Below are positions 39,374 to 49,426 of a DNA stretch of 64,000 nt, in pieces. The stretch lies in the sequence record NC_029316.1, one strand, 5' to 3'. The notes beneath the pieces were generated by a model. The model saw only the letters and a list, made by a program, of their open reading frames with translations. It was not told the DNA's origin and did not search any database. The position numbers and the translations under genes are program-made. The stretch's first letter is position 1. The number at the start of each line of letters is the position of its first letter.

Positions 39374-39452
39374 ATGCTCACAGTAGTACTATTCAAAACC
39401 TAGTATATAAAAACACAAACAGTTGTTTTAGATTGAGAAAATTAAAAAAATG

Positions 39453-39863
39453 TCAGCCTATCTTATTTCTAATGTTCTCTCCTTCTTCTAAACTGTTAAA
39501 CAATGAGTTTATTTCATCTGTTATGCCTAGCCTTTCAGCCATTATCATTATTATGCTCCTTATTGTTGTGTAGATGAAGAGAGTTTGATAATTATTATCC
39601 ATTATCCTTTGGTCTAGCTTCGCAAGGTCGTATGCTCTACTCCTGATAAAGTTAATTATTGCCGATATAACATGAGAGGGCATTTTTGCGTTTGACAAAT
39701 CTAAACTTCCAACAATACTCAGAATACTATGTGAGAAATAACTTACTGTAGCCTTCTTCAATTCTGTTAGTATAAGATCGTCCGAAAAAAGTTTTGACGA
39801 AATTCCGTAATTAATGGAGTCAAGGTAAAAGGAAACCTGCTTTATTATATCCAGCTTATCCAT
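39453..39863 (-). CDS. Hypothetical protein
   Basis: 136-aa ORF in a tightly coupled minus-strand operon. Confidence 0.7.
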   Translation of the reverse strand: MDKLDIIKQVSFYLDSINYGISSKLFSDDLILTELKKATVSYFSHSILSIVGSLDLSNAKMPSHVISAIINFIRSRAYDLAKLDQRIMDNNYQTLFIYTTIRSIIMIMAERLGITDEINSLFNSLEEGENIRNKIG

Positions 39864-40232
39864 TTAGAAGAACCTCTTTGCAACGTATTGTATTATTTCA
39901 TAAATTATGAGTAAAGTAGATGCTATAGCTATGCCGAAAGATAGGTAGAATACAGTATAATAGAAGTCTAACGGTTGGTCTACAACGGTAGTAGTATTGT
40001 ACGGGTTCGTTAATGTCACGTTATAATCGGTAGGCGTAGTGAACGCAAACCCGCTTTCGTACATAATTATGTATGATGAGAACATAAGTAAAGATAGGAT
40101 GCCTATTTTTCTGAAGAATCCGTGGAAATACAGCCAAATAATTACGGCAAGAAATGCAATAACCAAAAATGAGAAAATATAAAAATAGACTAATTGTGCT
40201 TGTGAAGCCACTATGATTATTGTTTGACCCAT
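39864..40232 (-). CDS. Three-TM membrane protein
   Basis: 122 aa, hydrophobic, sequons NVT and NTT. Confidence 0.7.
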   Translation of the reverse strand: MGQTIIIVASQAQLVYFYIFSFLVIAFLAVIIWLYFHGFFRKIGILSLLMFSSYIIMYESGFAFTTPTDYNVTLTNPYNTTTVVDQPLDFYYTVFYLSFGIAIASTLLIIYEIIQYVAKRFF

Positions 40233-40570
40233 TTCAGCTCCTCACATAATTGTAAGGATACAACATAATAATCTGTATAGTTTATCGTGACTATCTGGTA
40301 TAATTTAGTATTTACTGGCTTTTCCAGGTAAAATGCTGGTTTTTTTAATTTATTGAGTGCGTCACAAAAACTATAAATTAATTGATTAATATTTAGTTCT
40401 AACTCTTTCAGTTTTTGCTGTAGTTCATCAATTTGCTTCTTGAGTTTCTCATTCTCGTCTTCTAGAGACTTAATACGCTTAAGTAACTCATCATTACTTC
40501 TGTTCTCCTCACTCTTCTTAAGCTTCTTAACGTCGCTCTCTCTAATTACTTTCTCCAATTGCCTCCCCAC
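40217..40570 (-). CDS. Coiled-coil protein
   Basis: Heptads IKSLEDENEKLKKQIDELQQKLKELE. Confidence 0.7.
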   Translation of the reverse strand: MGRQLEKVIRESDVKKLKKSEENRSNDELLKRIKSLEDENEKLKKQIDELQQKLKELELNINQLIYSFCDALNKLKKPAFYLEKPVNTKLYQIVTINYTDYYVVSLQLCEELKWVKQ

Positions 40571-40802
40571 ATATCTTCATCATTTTGTTTATCTTACTGA
40601 CGTGCAGTGAATCCAATTTTTCAGCAATTCTGGAAACTTTGTTTATGAACTCCGCATCGTCTTTTATTTTATTTCCTTCTTCATCGTAATACCCTAGCTT
40701 TACTAATACGTTATATGCTACTGCTTTCCATCTGTCTGGGATATTATACTTCTGCATGTTTTGCTCATATTCAACCTTGAGTAACTCGCAAATATTACTC
40801 AT
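40542..40802 (-). CDS. Hypothetical protein
   Basis: 86-aa ORF, GGAGGT SD upstream. Confidence 0.65.
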   Translation of the reverse strand: MSNICELLKVEYEQNMQKYNIPDRWKAVAYNVLVKLGYYDEEGNKIKDDAEFINKVSRIAEKLDSLHVSKINKMMKICGEAIGESN

Positions 40803-41046
40803 TTGTAATTACCTCCTCGTCATTTGTATCCTCGTCGTCACTAAGCTCAGTTAGCTTCTTCTTCTTCTTAAGTGCGTTTTGTTTTTCTTTATTTACGAGT
40901 GACATAAGTAAAAGGTGGCTAAGGAGTTAAAAAGCAGATAGGGTTGGAGCTAAGCTTTTTCCCTATTTTCTAATTTTTCTGCCCCCTCACGCCTAACATT
41001 TATATATATTTATTTATCTAGCTAATTAATTAGGGTAGTTCTCGTC

Positions 41047-41574
41047 ATGTATATTTACAAGAAAAAAATATTGAGAAAATTTTTGCGTATGGTAAACGGG
41101 AAAATTATTACGGTTAAAAAAGACATAGTTGATCTGATATCACGCCATTCATTTACTATTCAGAGAATAAATGATGATGAAATTTTTTTGAAGATAGATG
41201 ATGAGAATGGGATAAAATTTGAAAAAACTTCTAAAGGTGCTATATTGAAATTAAAAGATTCTAAAGGAATAGAACACTATAGGTATTTAATTTTTCCATG
41301 TGGAATTCTCCTATTAAGAGTAAAAACAACAAGAGGAGATATATTCTATTTCACTCACTCATTGGTATTTGAAAGAGTTTCTTCAATTGAAATAAAAAGA
41401 GATGAAGAAAAAATAGAGGTTACAGGAAAGCCTGGAGATAAAAACGTAAGGATACATTTGAAAGACGTTGTACTTGTAAGGAAAACTGGAGATAATACGT
41501 ATTATATATATAGCAAAAACAAGAAACTAGAAAGAGAATTAAGAAGAAAATTAAAGAAAAAGTTGGGGTTCTAA
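41047..41574 (+). CDS. Basic beta-rich hypothetical protein
   Basis: 175-aa ORF (alternative start 41089). Confidence 0.65.
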   Translation: MYIYKKKILRKFLRMVNGKIITVKKDIVDLISRHSFTIQRINDDEIFLKIDDENGIKFEKTSKGAILKLKDSKGIEHYRYLIFPCGILLLRVKTTRGDIFYFTHSLVFERVSSIEIKRDEEKIEVTGKPGDKNVRIHLKDVVLVRKTGDNTYYIYSKNKKLERELRRKLKKKLGF

Positions 41575-41753
41575 TGATTGAGTTTTTGCAATAATTCTTG
41601 TGGGGCTTCTTTAAGGCTTAATGCTCCTCTACCAGTCTTACCGTTGTCGTCGTAGGTGAACGATACCATATTCCCTACTTTCCAAACCTTCTTTATCTTT
41701 GAAATATCTACTTCCTTCTCCTCTCCCTTATACTTGAACTTTATACTCACCAT
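41571..41753 (-). CDS. sul7d: Sul7d (Sso7d/Sac7d) chromatin protein homolog
   Basis: [40 protein letters not shown] is near-identical to the Sul7d core. Confidence 0.93.
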   Translation of the reverse strand: MVSIKFKYKGEEKEVDISKIKKVWKVGNMVSFTYDDNGKTGRGALSLKEAPQELLQKLNH

Positions 41754-41812
41754 TTTCTCTCAAGGATAAATTGAGAGAATGACACTAATAAATCTTGTGT
41801 TGTTAAGTTAAG

Positions 41813-41850
41813 GGAGCGTAAAGTAACGCCCTTTAGGCGAGGTAGCTCAT
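41813..41850 (+). mobile_element. Miniature IS605-end remnant
   Basis: TTAAG|GGAGCGTAAAGTAACGCCCTTTAGGCGAGGTAGCTCAT: left-end start fused to a right-end-like hairpin. Confidence 0.5.
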
Positions 41851-41931
41851 AGATGGAAGTATAGGTGATAAAAAGATGACCGAAGATGTATTTTTAAAGA
41901 CTTAAAAAGATGAAAGTATGGGGAAAAACGA

Positions 41932-43677
41932 GTGACTGAAGTATACCTATTAAATCTATACCCAGGAACGATAACGGTAACTGTAACGGACAAAACAAAC
42001 GGTAACTCAGAAACATACACGCTGTCAGAATACCAAACTATCGATATAACCAACCTTATTTCATCATGTTATGATTGTCTATGTATCAAGGTGAACGGAA
42101 ATTCACGTGGTTGGACTTTGCCACTAAGCCTATTTCCTAGCAGGGCTATTACCATTACTCCTCTAGCTTCACCTGACGGTTCCCCACAGATTAGTATTTG
42201 GAGTACTTCACCCGAAGTTGCACTAAGAGACTGGCTTACAGGTGTAATAGCAGGAAATATACCAACATATCTTTCTGACGCATATCAGGAAATCTCGTCC
42301 TTGATTTCGTTATACAAATCTGGGTCTAGTATATCAACTGCAAAACTCAAGTCAATACTTCAAGAAATATATGACTGCTTGCAGAACGCAATAAACTTCC
42401 AAAAACAGGCTGGAGTTAATTTCGAAGCCATAAGTGCGTGGAGCCAAATTTATCAAAATCTTACAACAATATGTGAGGAACTAAATAATGGAAAACTAAC
42501 TGCAAGTAGCTTACAAAGTCTAAGGTTACCTTCTTACTCTTGTAATTTAGCACAAGCATGTGCAAAAGAATATTGTAATAATCTGAATAACTTCATTTCC
42601 TCTTTAAGTACAACGCAAAGTTCTACGTCGTCAACTAATACGACACCAACTAGCTCTACGCCTTCACCAACTAGTACGACACAGCCGACATCATCTAGCT
42701 CTACACAGAGTTCTACGTCGTCAACTAGTACAACACCGTCTAGTACTACTAGTTCCTCTTCTAGTTCTACACCATCGTCTAGTACTACAAAGACACAGCC
42801 GACATCATCTAGCTCTACACAAAGCAGTACTACACAAAGTACTACGCCATCGTCACCGTCTAGTACGCCATCGCCTAGTACAACGTCATCATCTAGCACT
42901 ACACCATCGTCTAGTACTACTACACCAACTAGCTCTACGCCTTCACCAACTAGTACGACACAGCCGACATCATCTAGCTCTACACAGAGTTCTACGTCGT
43001 CAACTAGTACAACACCGTCTAGTACTACTAGTTCCTCTTCTAGTTCTACACCATCGTCTAGTACTACGCCGTCGTCACCAACTAGTCCTACAACCACACA
43101 ACAGACATCATCTAGTACTACTAGTACAACGCCTTTACAACTATTGCAGGAGGCAACGCCGTCTAGTTCTACACAAAGTTCTACATCATCAACTAGTACA
43201 ACGCCGTCATCTAGCTCTACACAAAGCAGTACTACACAACAGACACCATCTAGTCCTGCAACGCCTTTACAACTACTGCTGGAGAACGATTATATTACAT
43301 TCGAAAATGAATATCCGCAGTATGCAACGTTAGCAAATGTTCTTCAAAATACTCCTGGTCTTACGTTGTCTCAAAAAATATCTACACTTAAACAACAGTT
43401 TTCTGCATATGCACAGCAAGCTTACCAGGCTTTACTTGGTGGGGATAAGCGTAGTGCTAAATATTATGCTAAACAAGCTAACTGTATATTGAATGCGTTA
43501 CAACAATACTCTCAACTATCTGGACAGGACTGCTTAAGTGAATTACAACAATATATACAAGAGCTTAGTAACGTAAATAACGTAGTTTACGATACTGCAT
43601 CACAAGTACAACCTTTAGTGTTAGGCACACAGCCAGCCCCAGTTAGACCTGCACCTAATATAGAAATATTACAATAA
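41932..43677 (+). CDS. Three-part protein: N-terminal domain, Ser/Thr-rich linker, ESCRT-III/PspA-like C-terminal helices
   Basis: GTG start; long S/T/P tract; C-terminal AQQAYQALLGGDKRSAKYYAKQ resembles the ESCRT-III/PspA helical hairpin; matches my recollection of an ATSV gene. Confidence 0.7.
   Translation: MTEVYLLNLYPGTITVTVTDKTNGNSETYTLSEYQTIDITNLISSCYDCLCIKVNGNSRGWTLPLSLFPSRAITITPLASPDGSPQISIWSTSPEVALRDWLTGVIAGNIPTYLSDAYQEISSLISLYKSGSSISTAKLKSILQEIYDCLQNAINFQKQAGVNFEAISAWSQIYQNLTTICEELNNGKLTASSLQSLRLPSYSCNLAQACAKEYCNNLNNFISSLSTTQSSTSSTNTTPTSSTPSPTSTTQPTSSSSTQSSTSSTSTTPSSTTSSSSSSTPSSSTTKTQPTSSSSTQSSTTQSTTPSSPSSTPSPSTTSSSSTTPSSSTTTPTSSTPSPTSTTQPTSSSSTQSSTSSTSTTPSSTTSSSSSSTPSSSTTPSSPTSPTTTQQTSSSTTSTTPLQLLQEATPSSSTQSSTSSTSTTPSSSSTQSSTTQQTPSSPATPLQLLLENDYITFENEYPQYATLANVLQNTPGLTLSQKISTLKQQFSAYAQQAYQALLGGDKRSAKYYAKQANCILNALQQYSQLSGQDCLSELQQYIQELSNVNNVVYDTASQVQPLVLGTQPAPVRPAPNIEILQ
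42643..43067 (+). repeat. 146-bp direct duplication inside the Ser/Thr linker
   Basis: 42643-42788 repeated at 42922-43067. Confidence 0.85.
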
Positions 43678-43770
43678 GTGAATGGTTGAGGGATAAGTCC
43701 CTACACTAAATGATGGACAAAAGGCTAAGTGGAGCAAAAGGGTTTTATTTTTTCCATGTTATGACTGATT

Positions 43771-44121
43771 ATGCCACTTCATCCAGAGAAGTATGCAAGA
43801 CATGTTTTAAGAGACCTTAGATTATTTCTAGAGGGAAAAATAGATTACCCAGACATAGACCTCAGACTGGCTGGAGAAGAAGCGTGGACTGATGCCTTCC
43901 CTGAGTTAAGAGACGCTATACACAGAATAATAGAGACGATACATAAATTTGCAAGGGAGTACGATTTAGACGCTGGTGGCAGATTGGACTTTGAGGCTGA
44001 AATGGAACTGATTAATGAAATAAAGCCAGAACTGGAGATAGTGGAGAAGTTTGCCATGGGCGATGCGAGGGAAGAGGAAGAATACGAAGAAGAATTAGAA
44101 GAAGAACAAGGGTGTTGTTAG
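43771..44121 (+). CDS. Acidic helical protein; shares a LxLAGEEA motif with the coat protein
   Basis: YPDIDLRLAGEEAW versus coat [14 protein letters not shown]. Confidence 0.7.
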   Translation: MPLHPEKYARHVLRDLRLFLEGKIDYPDIDLRLAGEEAWTDAFPELRDAIHRIIETIHKFAREYDLDAGGRLDFEAEMELINEIKPELEIVEKFAMGDAREEEEYEEELEEEQGCC

Positions 44122-44543
44122 CCTTTTGATGCAGGTTCATTCTCCTTTTTTCTAACCTTCTTCTCGCTCTGTGTTTGTTTTATCACAGCTGTGATTGCAG
44201 ATAACCTTAACAAGTATATTACTAGATCTTGCCTATTACGATTCTCTCTTAATGCGAAATTTACCCATTTCTCTACATTGTCAAACCCACTCCACTTAAC
44301 GATAAACTTAGCGGACTTTATGCTATATTTCCCTATGACTATACCTTTCACCTGCCTTCCGTTAACCGTTGTATTTATCGGCTCTCCTAATTCGAACGTA
44401 TTATCTTTCTTTATAACTGCTATTAATGCAAAAGATGAGCGAGAAAGTTGGTTTAAAACGAATTTTTGTTGTAGCTTTGATTTAAATAAACTAGTTTTTA
44501 GCATTAAACAAGATACTTTGTTAGTATTTAAAAAGATTTTCAT
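44118..44543 (-). CDS. Hypothetical protein (ASCH/PUA-like possible)
   Basis: 141-aa ORF; fold guess weak. Confidence 0.5.
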   Translation of the reverse strand: MKIFLNTNKVSCLMLKTSLFKSKLQQKFVLNQLSRSSFALIAVIKKDNTFELGEPINTTVNGRQVKGIVIGKYSIKSAKFIVKWSGFDNVEKWVNFALRENRNRQDLVIYLLRLSAITAVIKQTQSEKKVRKKENEPASKG

Positions 44544-44582
44544 TTTTTGGAAACAGAGACCAGTCCGTGAAGGTGGAGAGGA

Positions 44583-44615
44583 CTGACCTACTCCCCGTCC
44601 TAAAGGACGAGGCTT
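44583..44615 (-). mobile_element. IS605-type right-end remnant
   Basis: Reverse complement AAGCCTCGTCCTTTAGGACGGGGAGTAGGTCAG. Confidence 0.6.
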
Positions 44616-44616
44616 G

Positions 44617-45006
44617 TTAAAGTTCGTTCGTATTTTCCTGTATGTTTAGCTCAACCTCTATCTTCTTAATAAAGAACGTAGTTTTGCCTCCTGTACAAAC
44701 TTTAGTATAATAAACAATAACTTCATCACCGTCATCGTTCTCGAACTCGTCAACACCTACCCAACTTTTATAACCGATGTAATTATTTACCTGGTTTTCT
44801 GCACCGTTAATAGGGTAAAAACCTAAGTTATCTAGAAAATCATATAAGTCGTCATATTCCTCTTCTGTTAGCTCTATAGGTTCTTTGAAATCAACTACGA
44901 TTGAAATCGTATTATTTTCAGTTTTTTGTGGTTGACCTACGTTAAATTCTGCATTCTTTGAGTTGAAGAATTCTTTAATGGTTTGAATTACTTCTTCGTA
45001 ATCCAT
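44617..45006 (-). CDS. Hypothetical protein, paralog of 136-519
   Basis: LGFYPINGAEN motif. Confidence 0.75.
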   Translation of the reverse strand: MDYEEVIQTIKEFFNSKNAEFNVGQPQKTENNTISIVVDFKEPIELTEEEYDDLYDFLDNLGFYPINGAENQVNNYIGYKSWVGVDEFENDDGDEVIVYYTKVCTGGKTTFFIKKIEVELNIQENTNEL

Positions 45007-45141
45007 GCGTCTAGTTTATAGTGGGAGTTTAAAAGGATTTTTATCGCTCACGTTATCGCTCATGAAATCACATCTGTGTTTTCACGCAAAGCAATATCCT
45101 TAAAAACTCACATCCCGTCAATTTTGTAAGGTGTAAATAAT

Positions 45142-45474
45142 ATGGCACAAAACAAATTAACTGGAACGTATGGGAAAACTCTAGTTCAATTAGCAGTAAA
45201 CGAAGCAATAAACTGGTGTGAAAAGCACGAACCATACGACGTACCACATTGCTTGAAGACGTTCAAAGACATGGGACTACAGTATACGATAGATGTCCTA
45301 AGCGAGGAAGGGAAATTACCACCAATAGACTTAGGCACAAGTGTAGGGGCAGAAAGATTGAAGAAGAGATTCTCAACTTTAATGAAATACTATATAAACT
45401 ACTATAACGATAACTATGGAGATTACAATGAAAACTGGAATGAAGAAGGAGGTTGTTGCAATGAACAATACTAA
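45142..45474 (+). CDS. Hypothetical protein
   Basis: 110-aa ORF. Confidence 0.7.
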   Translation: MAQNKLTGTYGKTLVQLAVNEAINWCEKHEPYDVPHCLKTFKDMGLQYTIDVLSEEGKLPPIDLGTSVGAERLKKRFSTLMKYYINYYNDNYGDYNENWNEEGGCCNEQY

Positions 45475-45627
45475 ATTATTTTTTGATCAACAAGGGGGGG
45501 AGTGGGGTCAAGATAGTAGAGGTGGTTATGCCGTGGGAGGTGATTCCGCCGTGACACCCACAGGCACAGCAGATACAGCAGAGGTGGATACAGAGATGTT
45601 TAAGGAGATACAGGAGGTGGTTATGCC

Positions 45628-46551
45628 GTGACACCCACTCCAATTAATAACTCGAATAAAAGAGATAATAAGCCTTTTGGTGATGCAGAAAAGTTAGCAA
45701 GAATTGTAGACCAGGCTATAATGCAGGCAAAGTTGCAAAGAATATACGACGTCGTTAAAGACTATCAAGTTAACGATACTACTTCTATTATTACTGATGA
45801 CGACCGTGTTGGTGATAATGAGGAGAAAGTAGAAGATGAAGAGGAGGTATTAAGCAAAAGCAAACAACTGGATATCAATGACTTTAACGTTACATTTAGA
45901 GTTCCCAAAAATCTAAGGCTGTACGACCAGGCTAAGTTCACCATATCAATGCTGAAGAGTTTCATTGAGGATCTAGGAGTTAAAGTGAAATATATTGTAA
46001 GCGATAAAAGGAAACTGTGTGCAATAGAGATAGATCTAGGTCAGAAAATGCACACATCTCATGAGCGTTACGTCCTCTCGTTTATCGTAAACGAACAAAC
46101 TTCAAAGAACATTGTTCCTTCTGAGGTAAAGAAAAGGTTTGAGAATGAGTGGAAGTACCTAATGAGGCAGTTGAAGATAACTGGATTTGATTCAATGACC
46201 TACGTCTTTGTAGCTAAGAGGAAGTTCACTTACGGTGCTTACAAACTTGTTGAGAAGATGAATAAGGGTGTAGGGAATATAATATACTCTACAGACATCG
46301 TGTCTGCAATAACCAGGTTCTTCACTAACAATAAATTCCTCGCAATAAGGCTGTACAACTACCTATACAAGATAAAAGGCAACCTGACTGCAAATAACAT
46401 AATGAAAATAACTGGGCTGATATCGATTATCAACGCAATTTATCGCCTGCTCACTGGTAAAGTCGTCGTAGATAAATTAATACTAAAGACGTTAAAGACG
46501 CCTGATGACGTAATCAAGGTGTTGGACAAATTCTTTAGAAAGAAAAAGTAG
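45628..46551 (+). CDS. Hypothetical protein, possible PD-(D/E)xK-like fold
   Basis: 307 aa; beta/alpha core AIEIDL...FIVNEQ...YVFVAKRKFTYGA. Confidence 0.65.
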   Translation: MTPTPINNSNKRDNKPFGDAEKLARIVDQAIMQAKLQRIYDVVKDYQVNDTTSIITDDDRVGDNEEKVEDEEEVLSKSKQLDINDFNVTFRVPKNLRLYDQAKFTISMLKSFIEDLGVKVKYIVSDKRKLCAIEIDLGQKMHTSHERYVLSFIVNEQTSKNIVPSEVKKRFENEWKYLMRQLKITGFDSMTYVFVAKRKFTYGAYKLVEKMNKGVGNIIYSTDIVSAITRFFTNNKFLAIRLYNYLYKIKGNLTANNIMKITGLISIINAIYRLLTGKVVVDKLILKTLKTPDDVIKVLDKFFRKKK

Positions 46552-46559
46552 TTCTAAAC

Positions 46560-47120
46560 TGCAAACACACCTGTGATTTCACTCCCTCTCTTTTCTTAGC
46601 ATATCTTATTAAATAATTTTTCTCAGATTTTGGATAATATTTCTTTAAAGTGTTAAAGTGTTAGCAATAGAAGGTTATATTCAACTGTTTATGGTGAAAA
46701 TGTATTAACTTAGTGATTTTTTTAGATTATGTTGAAAATGTATATGAAATGAATGAGGGTTGACTTTCAGTATATGAAATTTCACTTTATCTATATGTTC
46801 TGTTTAAATCTGTTTGTAACTTGTTCTAAAGCAGTTAATGTATAAAAACTGTATAACTGAAAGTGAATTGAAAGGTTGATTTTTTCACTGTAAATAAAAA
46901 ATCTGTTGTGAATTGAAAGAATATGAAACGATTTACATGTTAAATTGAAAGTGTATGAGGGTATATGAAACAAATTAATGTGTAATTGAAAGTTGCTATT
47001 ATACTATATTTAATAGTAGTGAATAACTATATTATACATACTCACAGTGAAGTGAAGAAGCACTACTTTTGTTCCGTTCACTACTTTATTTGCCCTTTAC
47101 TTTTTCTTTTCCTGCGAACA
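46560..47120. other. Long AT-rich non-coding region with short TGAAA-containing repeats; candidate replication origin
   Basis: No credible ORF; AATTGAAAG x4 and ATATGAAA x4; bounded by palindrome copies at 46561 and 47114. Confidence 0.45.
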
Positions 47121-47271
47121 CAGCTGTGATAACAAACGACAACCCCGTTAGAATAGCTCTCCGTACAAAACCCTTAAATACTCCTACCAGGAGATTCTCA
47201 CATGCCTCATTTGTTTAACCAAGACCAGTACACAGCACTGAAATCACAGCTGTGTTCTCACGTGGAGGTGG

Positions 47272-47625
47272 TTGTTGACGATTAAGTGCTTTGATAACGG
47301 GAACGAAATAGTTTGCATAGACGACGAGTCCCAACGCCTTATTAACCTTACAAAGAAATCTACTAAGTTCTTATTGCCTGAAGAAATTGACAAGTTAATA
47401 AAACAGCTTCTTGATAATGAGATCGAAGTAAATGAAGTAGAGTCTCATAGGTACGAGCCGAGGACTTACTATACTATATACAAAGTACGTGGTAAAAAGC
47501 CCTTGTACTTTATGGAAGTTTATGATGGCTCTAGTGCTTCATATAGATATTACTTCTGCAGGTCTAAGAATCAGTGCTTGAAAATAATGGAGGATCTTGA
47601 AGAGGATAATGTGATGCTATATTGA
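47272..47625 (+). CDS. Hypothetical protein
   Basis: 117-aa ORF, TTG start after GGAGGTGG SD. Confidence 0.65.
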   Translation: MLTIKCFDNGNEIVCIDDESQRLINLTKKSTKFLLPEEIDKLIKQLLDNEIEVNEVESHRYEPRTYYTIYKVRGKKPLYFMEVYDGSSASYRYYFCRSKNQCLKIMEDLEEDNVMLY

Positions 47626-47988
47626 CAGTTTGCAGTTGTTTATCACAGCTGTGTTTGCAGACAGAAAGAGCAACACATTTCAGAGCAGGTAAGGTCGAAT
47701 TTCTAAACCAGTATCTATTTTTATAGTTGTTCCTAATTAGTTAAGATATGCAGATCTTAGCAATAATCCTCGTGCTCTTTCTTATATTTTTAGCAGTATT
47801 AGTAGGTCTTCTCCCATATTTTTACGCTAAAACAGAGATGGGTAGAAAGAAAAATAAGGATGAAGAGGAGAAGAAGCTCTACAATTAGCGAAAACTGGGC
47901 TGAATCCTTTTTCACGTTAATAGTTTTCACGTTAATAGAAATCTTTTTTGACTTCAAATAGGTTTTAAACAAAGGAGAGTGGAGGAAA

Positions 47989-48507
47989 ATGATGTTGATT
48001 TTGGATCTAGACGGTACACTTTTCGATACTTCTGCCAGGTGGAACGAATGTGAGAAGATATCTAACAAAAACAAACGCCTGTTTTGGGCACCAGACCGTG
48101 TGTTTTGGGAATGTTATCAATCACCGAGGTTCATGAACCTGGACGAACCTAAGTGGGAAGTTATCAGGTTTGTTAAACGGTTAATTGAGGAGAAAAAGCC
48201 AGAAGTGATAGCAGTAGTCAGCGGTCGTTCAGAAAAACAACGCGAAGCCACTCTCAAACAGCTCTCGGAGATAGGGATAGAGCCGAACGAGGTCGTGCTG
48301 AGGGGCGAGAAGGACTTCAGGAAAGATTATGAGTTTAAGAAATTCGCCATAAAGGAGTTAATGGAAAAATATGACCAGGATAAGGTCATAGTGATAGATG
48401 ATAGTGACGCAGTGCTAGAACACCTGGAAGAAGAAGGGCTGATAGAAATAATCGATGCAAAAACGATAAAGAAAAGAGAGAAAAAGGAGAACATGAATAC
48501 CCCTTAA
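47989..48507 (+). CDS. HAD-family phosphatase (polynucleotide kinase 3'-phosphatase-like)
   Basis: Motif I ILDLDGTL, motif II VSGRSE, K in motif III, motif IV VIDDSDAV. Confidence 0.85.
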   Translation: MMLILDLDGTLFDTSARWNECEKISNKNKRLFWAPDRVFWECYQSPRFMNLDEPKWEVIRFVKRLIEEKKPEVIAVVSGRSEKQREATLKQLSEIGIEPNEVVLRGEKDFRKDYEFKKFAIKELMEKYDQDKVIVIDDSDAVLEHLEEEGLIEIIDAKTIKKREKKENMNTP

Positions 48508-48554
48508 GGAGAGAAAAATTAAGAAGAAGAGATTTTACAAAAATAGGAGTTAAG

Positions 48555-48588
48555 TGAGCGAAAAGCCTCGCAGACGAGAGGGAGTCAG
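48555..48588 (+). mobile_element. Miniature IS605-end remnant
   Basis: TTAAG|TGAGCGAAAAGCCTCGCAGACGAGAGGGAGTCAG. Confidence 0.5.
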
Positions 48589-48697
48589 CAATGTAGGTTA
48601 GAATAGCTCCTCGCACAAAATCCTTTTAAAAACACTACTCTACATATGTTTGAATATGGAACCAGATAAAATAGCTAAAATCGTATTTGATTGAGTA

Positions 48698-49276
48698 TTG
48701 GATTATTGCAGAAATAACCATGACGCAATGTTAGAATGCGTAGTAAGCCATAGCCCAGACCTATTATCAGTGTTCATAAATTCGTATCTTAAAAACAAAA
48801 AGGCGATAGAAAATTCCGACCAAAAGTTCTGGGAATCAGTCAAAAAAGAGTACGAGAAGTTGTGGAAAAAATGGATGAGAGAAGAAGTCGCCTATTATCT
48901 AGGCGATATTTTGGTACCAGTAGATATAATACAAAATAATGAGCTTAACAACGCCTGTAAAGTTGGATATCTAAAAGCTTACGAAGAGGTATTAAATGAG
49001 TTCGCCGATAGGATCAAGAGTGCATTGCAAGAAGGGGTGCCATTATGCGGGGAATATTTATATGACTGGTACATGAAGATGGCTGATGTTGTCCCAATCA
49101 AAAGACCTGAATATAATGAGCAAGTGTCATATTTTCTGGACTTTTACAATATGTTTGATGACAGTGAGAAATTAGAGGTATTAAGCATTTTGCTAGATGA
49201 GATAGATAGTGCATTGTATGAGATAGAAGAAGAGTATGAGCGTAATTTAGAAGCCTTAATAAATAATAATAGTTAA
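48698..49276 (+). CDS. Acidic helical hypothetical protein; start uncertain
   Basis: 192-aa ORF. Confidence 0.65.
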   Translation: MDYCRNNHDAMLECVVSHSPDLLSVFINSYLKNKKAIENSDQKFWESVKKEYEKLWKKWMREEVAYYLGDILVPVDIIQNNELNNACKVGYLKAYEEVLNEFADRIKSALQEGVPLCGEYLYDWYMKMADVVPIKRPEYNEQVSYFLDFYNMFDDSEKLEVLSILLDEIDSALYEIEEEYERNLEALINNNS

Positions 49277-49426
49277 ACTTTTTTAAAAAAATAATAGTAT
49301 TTATTATAAACAGATACAAAAAGGAGAAACCAACCCCAAAGCAGAATCCTTTTAAGTATTAGAACGTTTGTTTTTGCATGGAACGTATAGAAGTAGAAAT
49401 CGATAATCCTGAAATTTTAGAAGTAT

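Noticed and set aside
42534-43097. 187-aa Val/Leu/Asp-rich minus-strand ORF
   Set aside because: Antisense shadow of the Ser/Thr repeat region
45416-45631. 71-aa ORF with a short internal duplication (GAGGTGGTTATGCCGTG)
   Set aside because: May be real but overlaps the previous gene and looks like a by-product of a local duplication; not enough support
46860-46995. AATTGAAAG repeats as a second CRISPR array
   Set aside because: Only the 9-nt 3' word is shared, upstream bases are not conserved and spacing is irregular; treated as origin-like repeats
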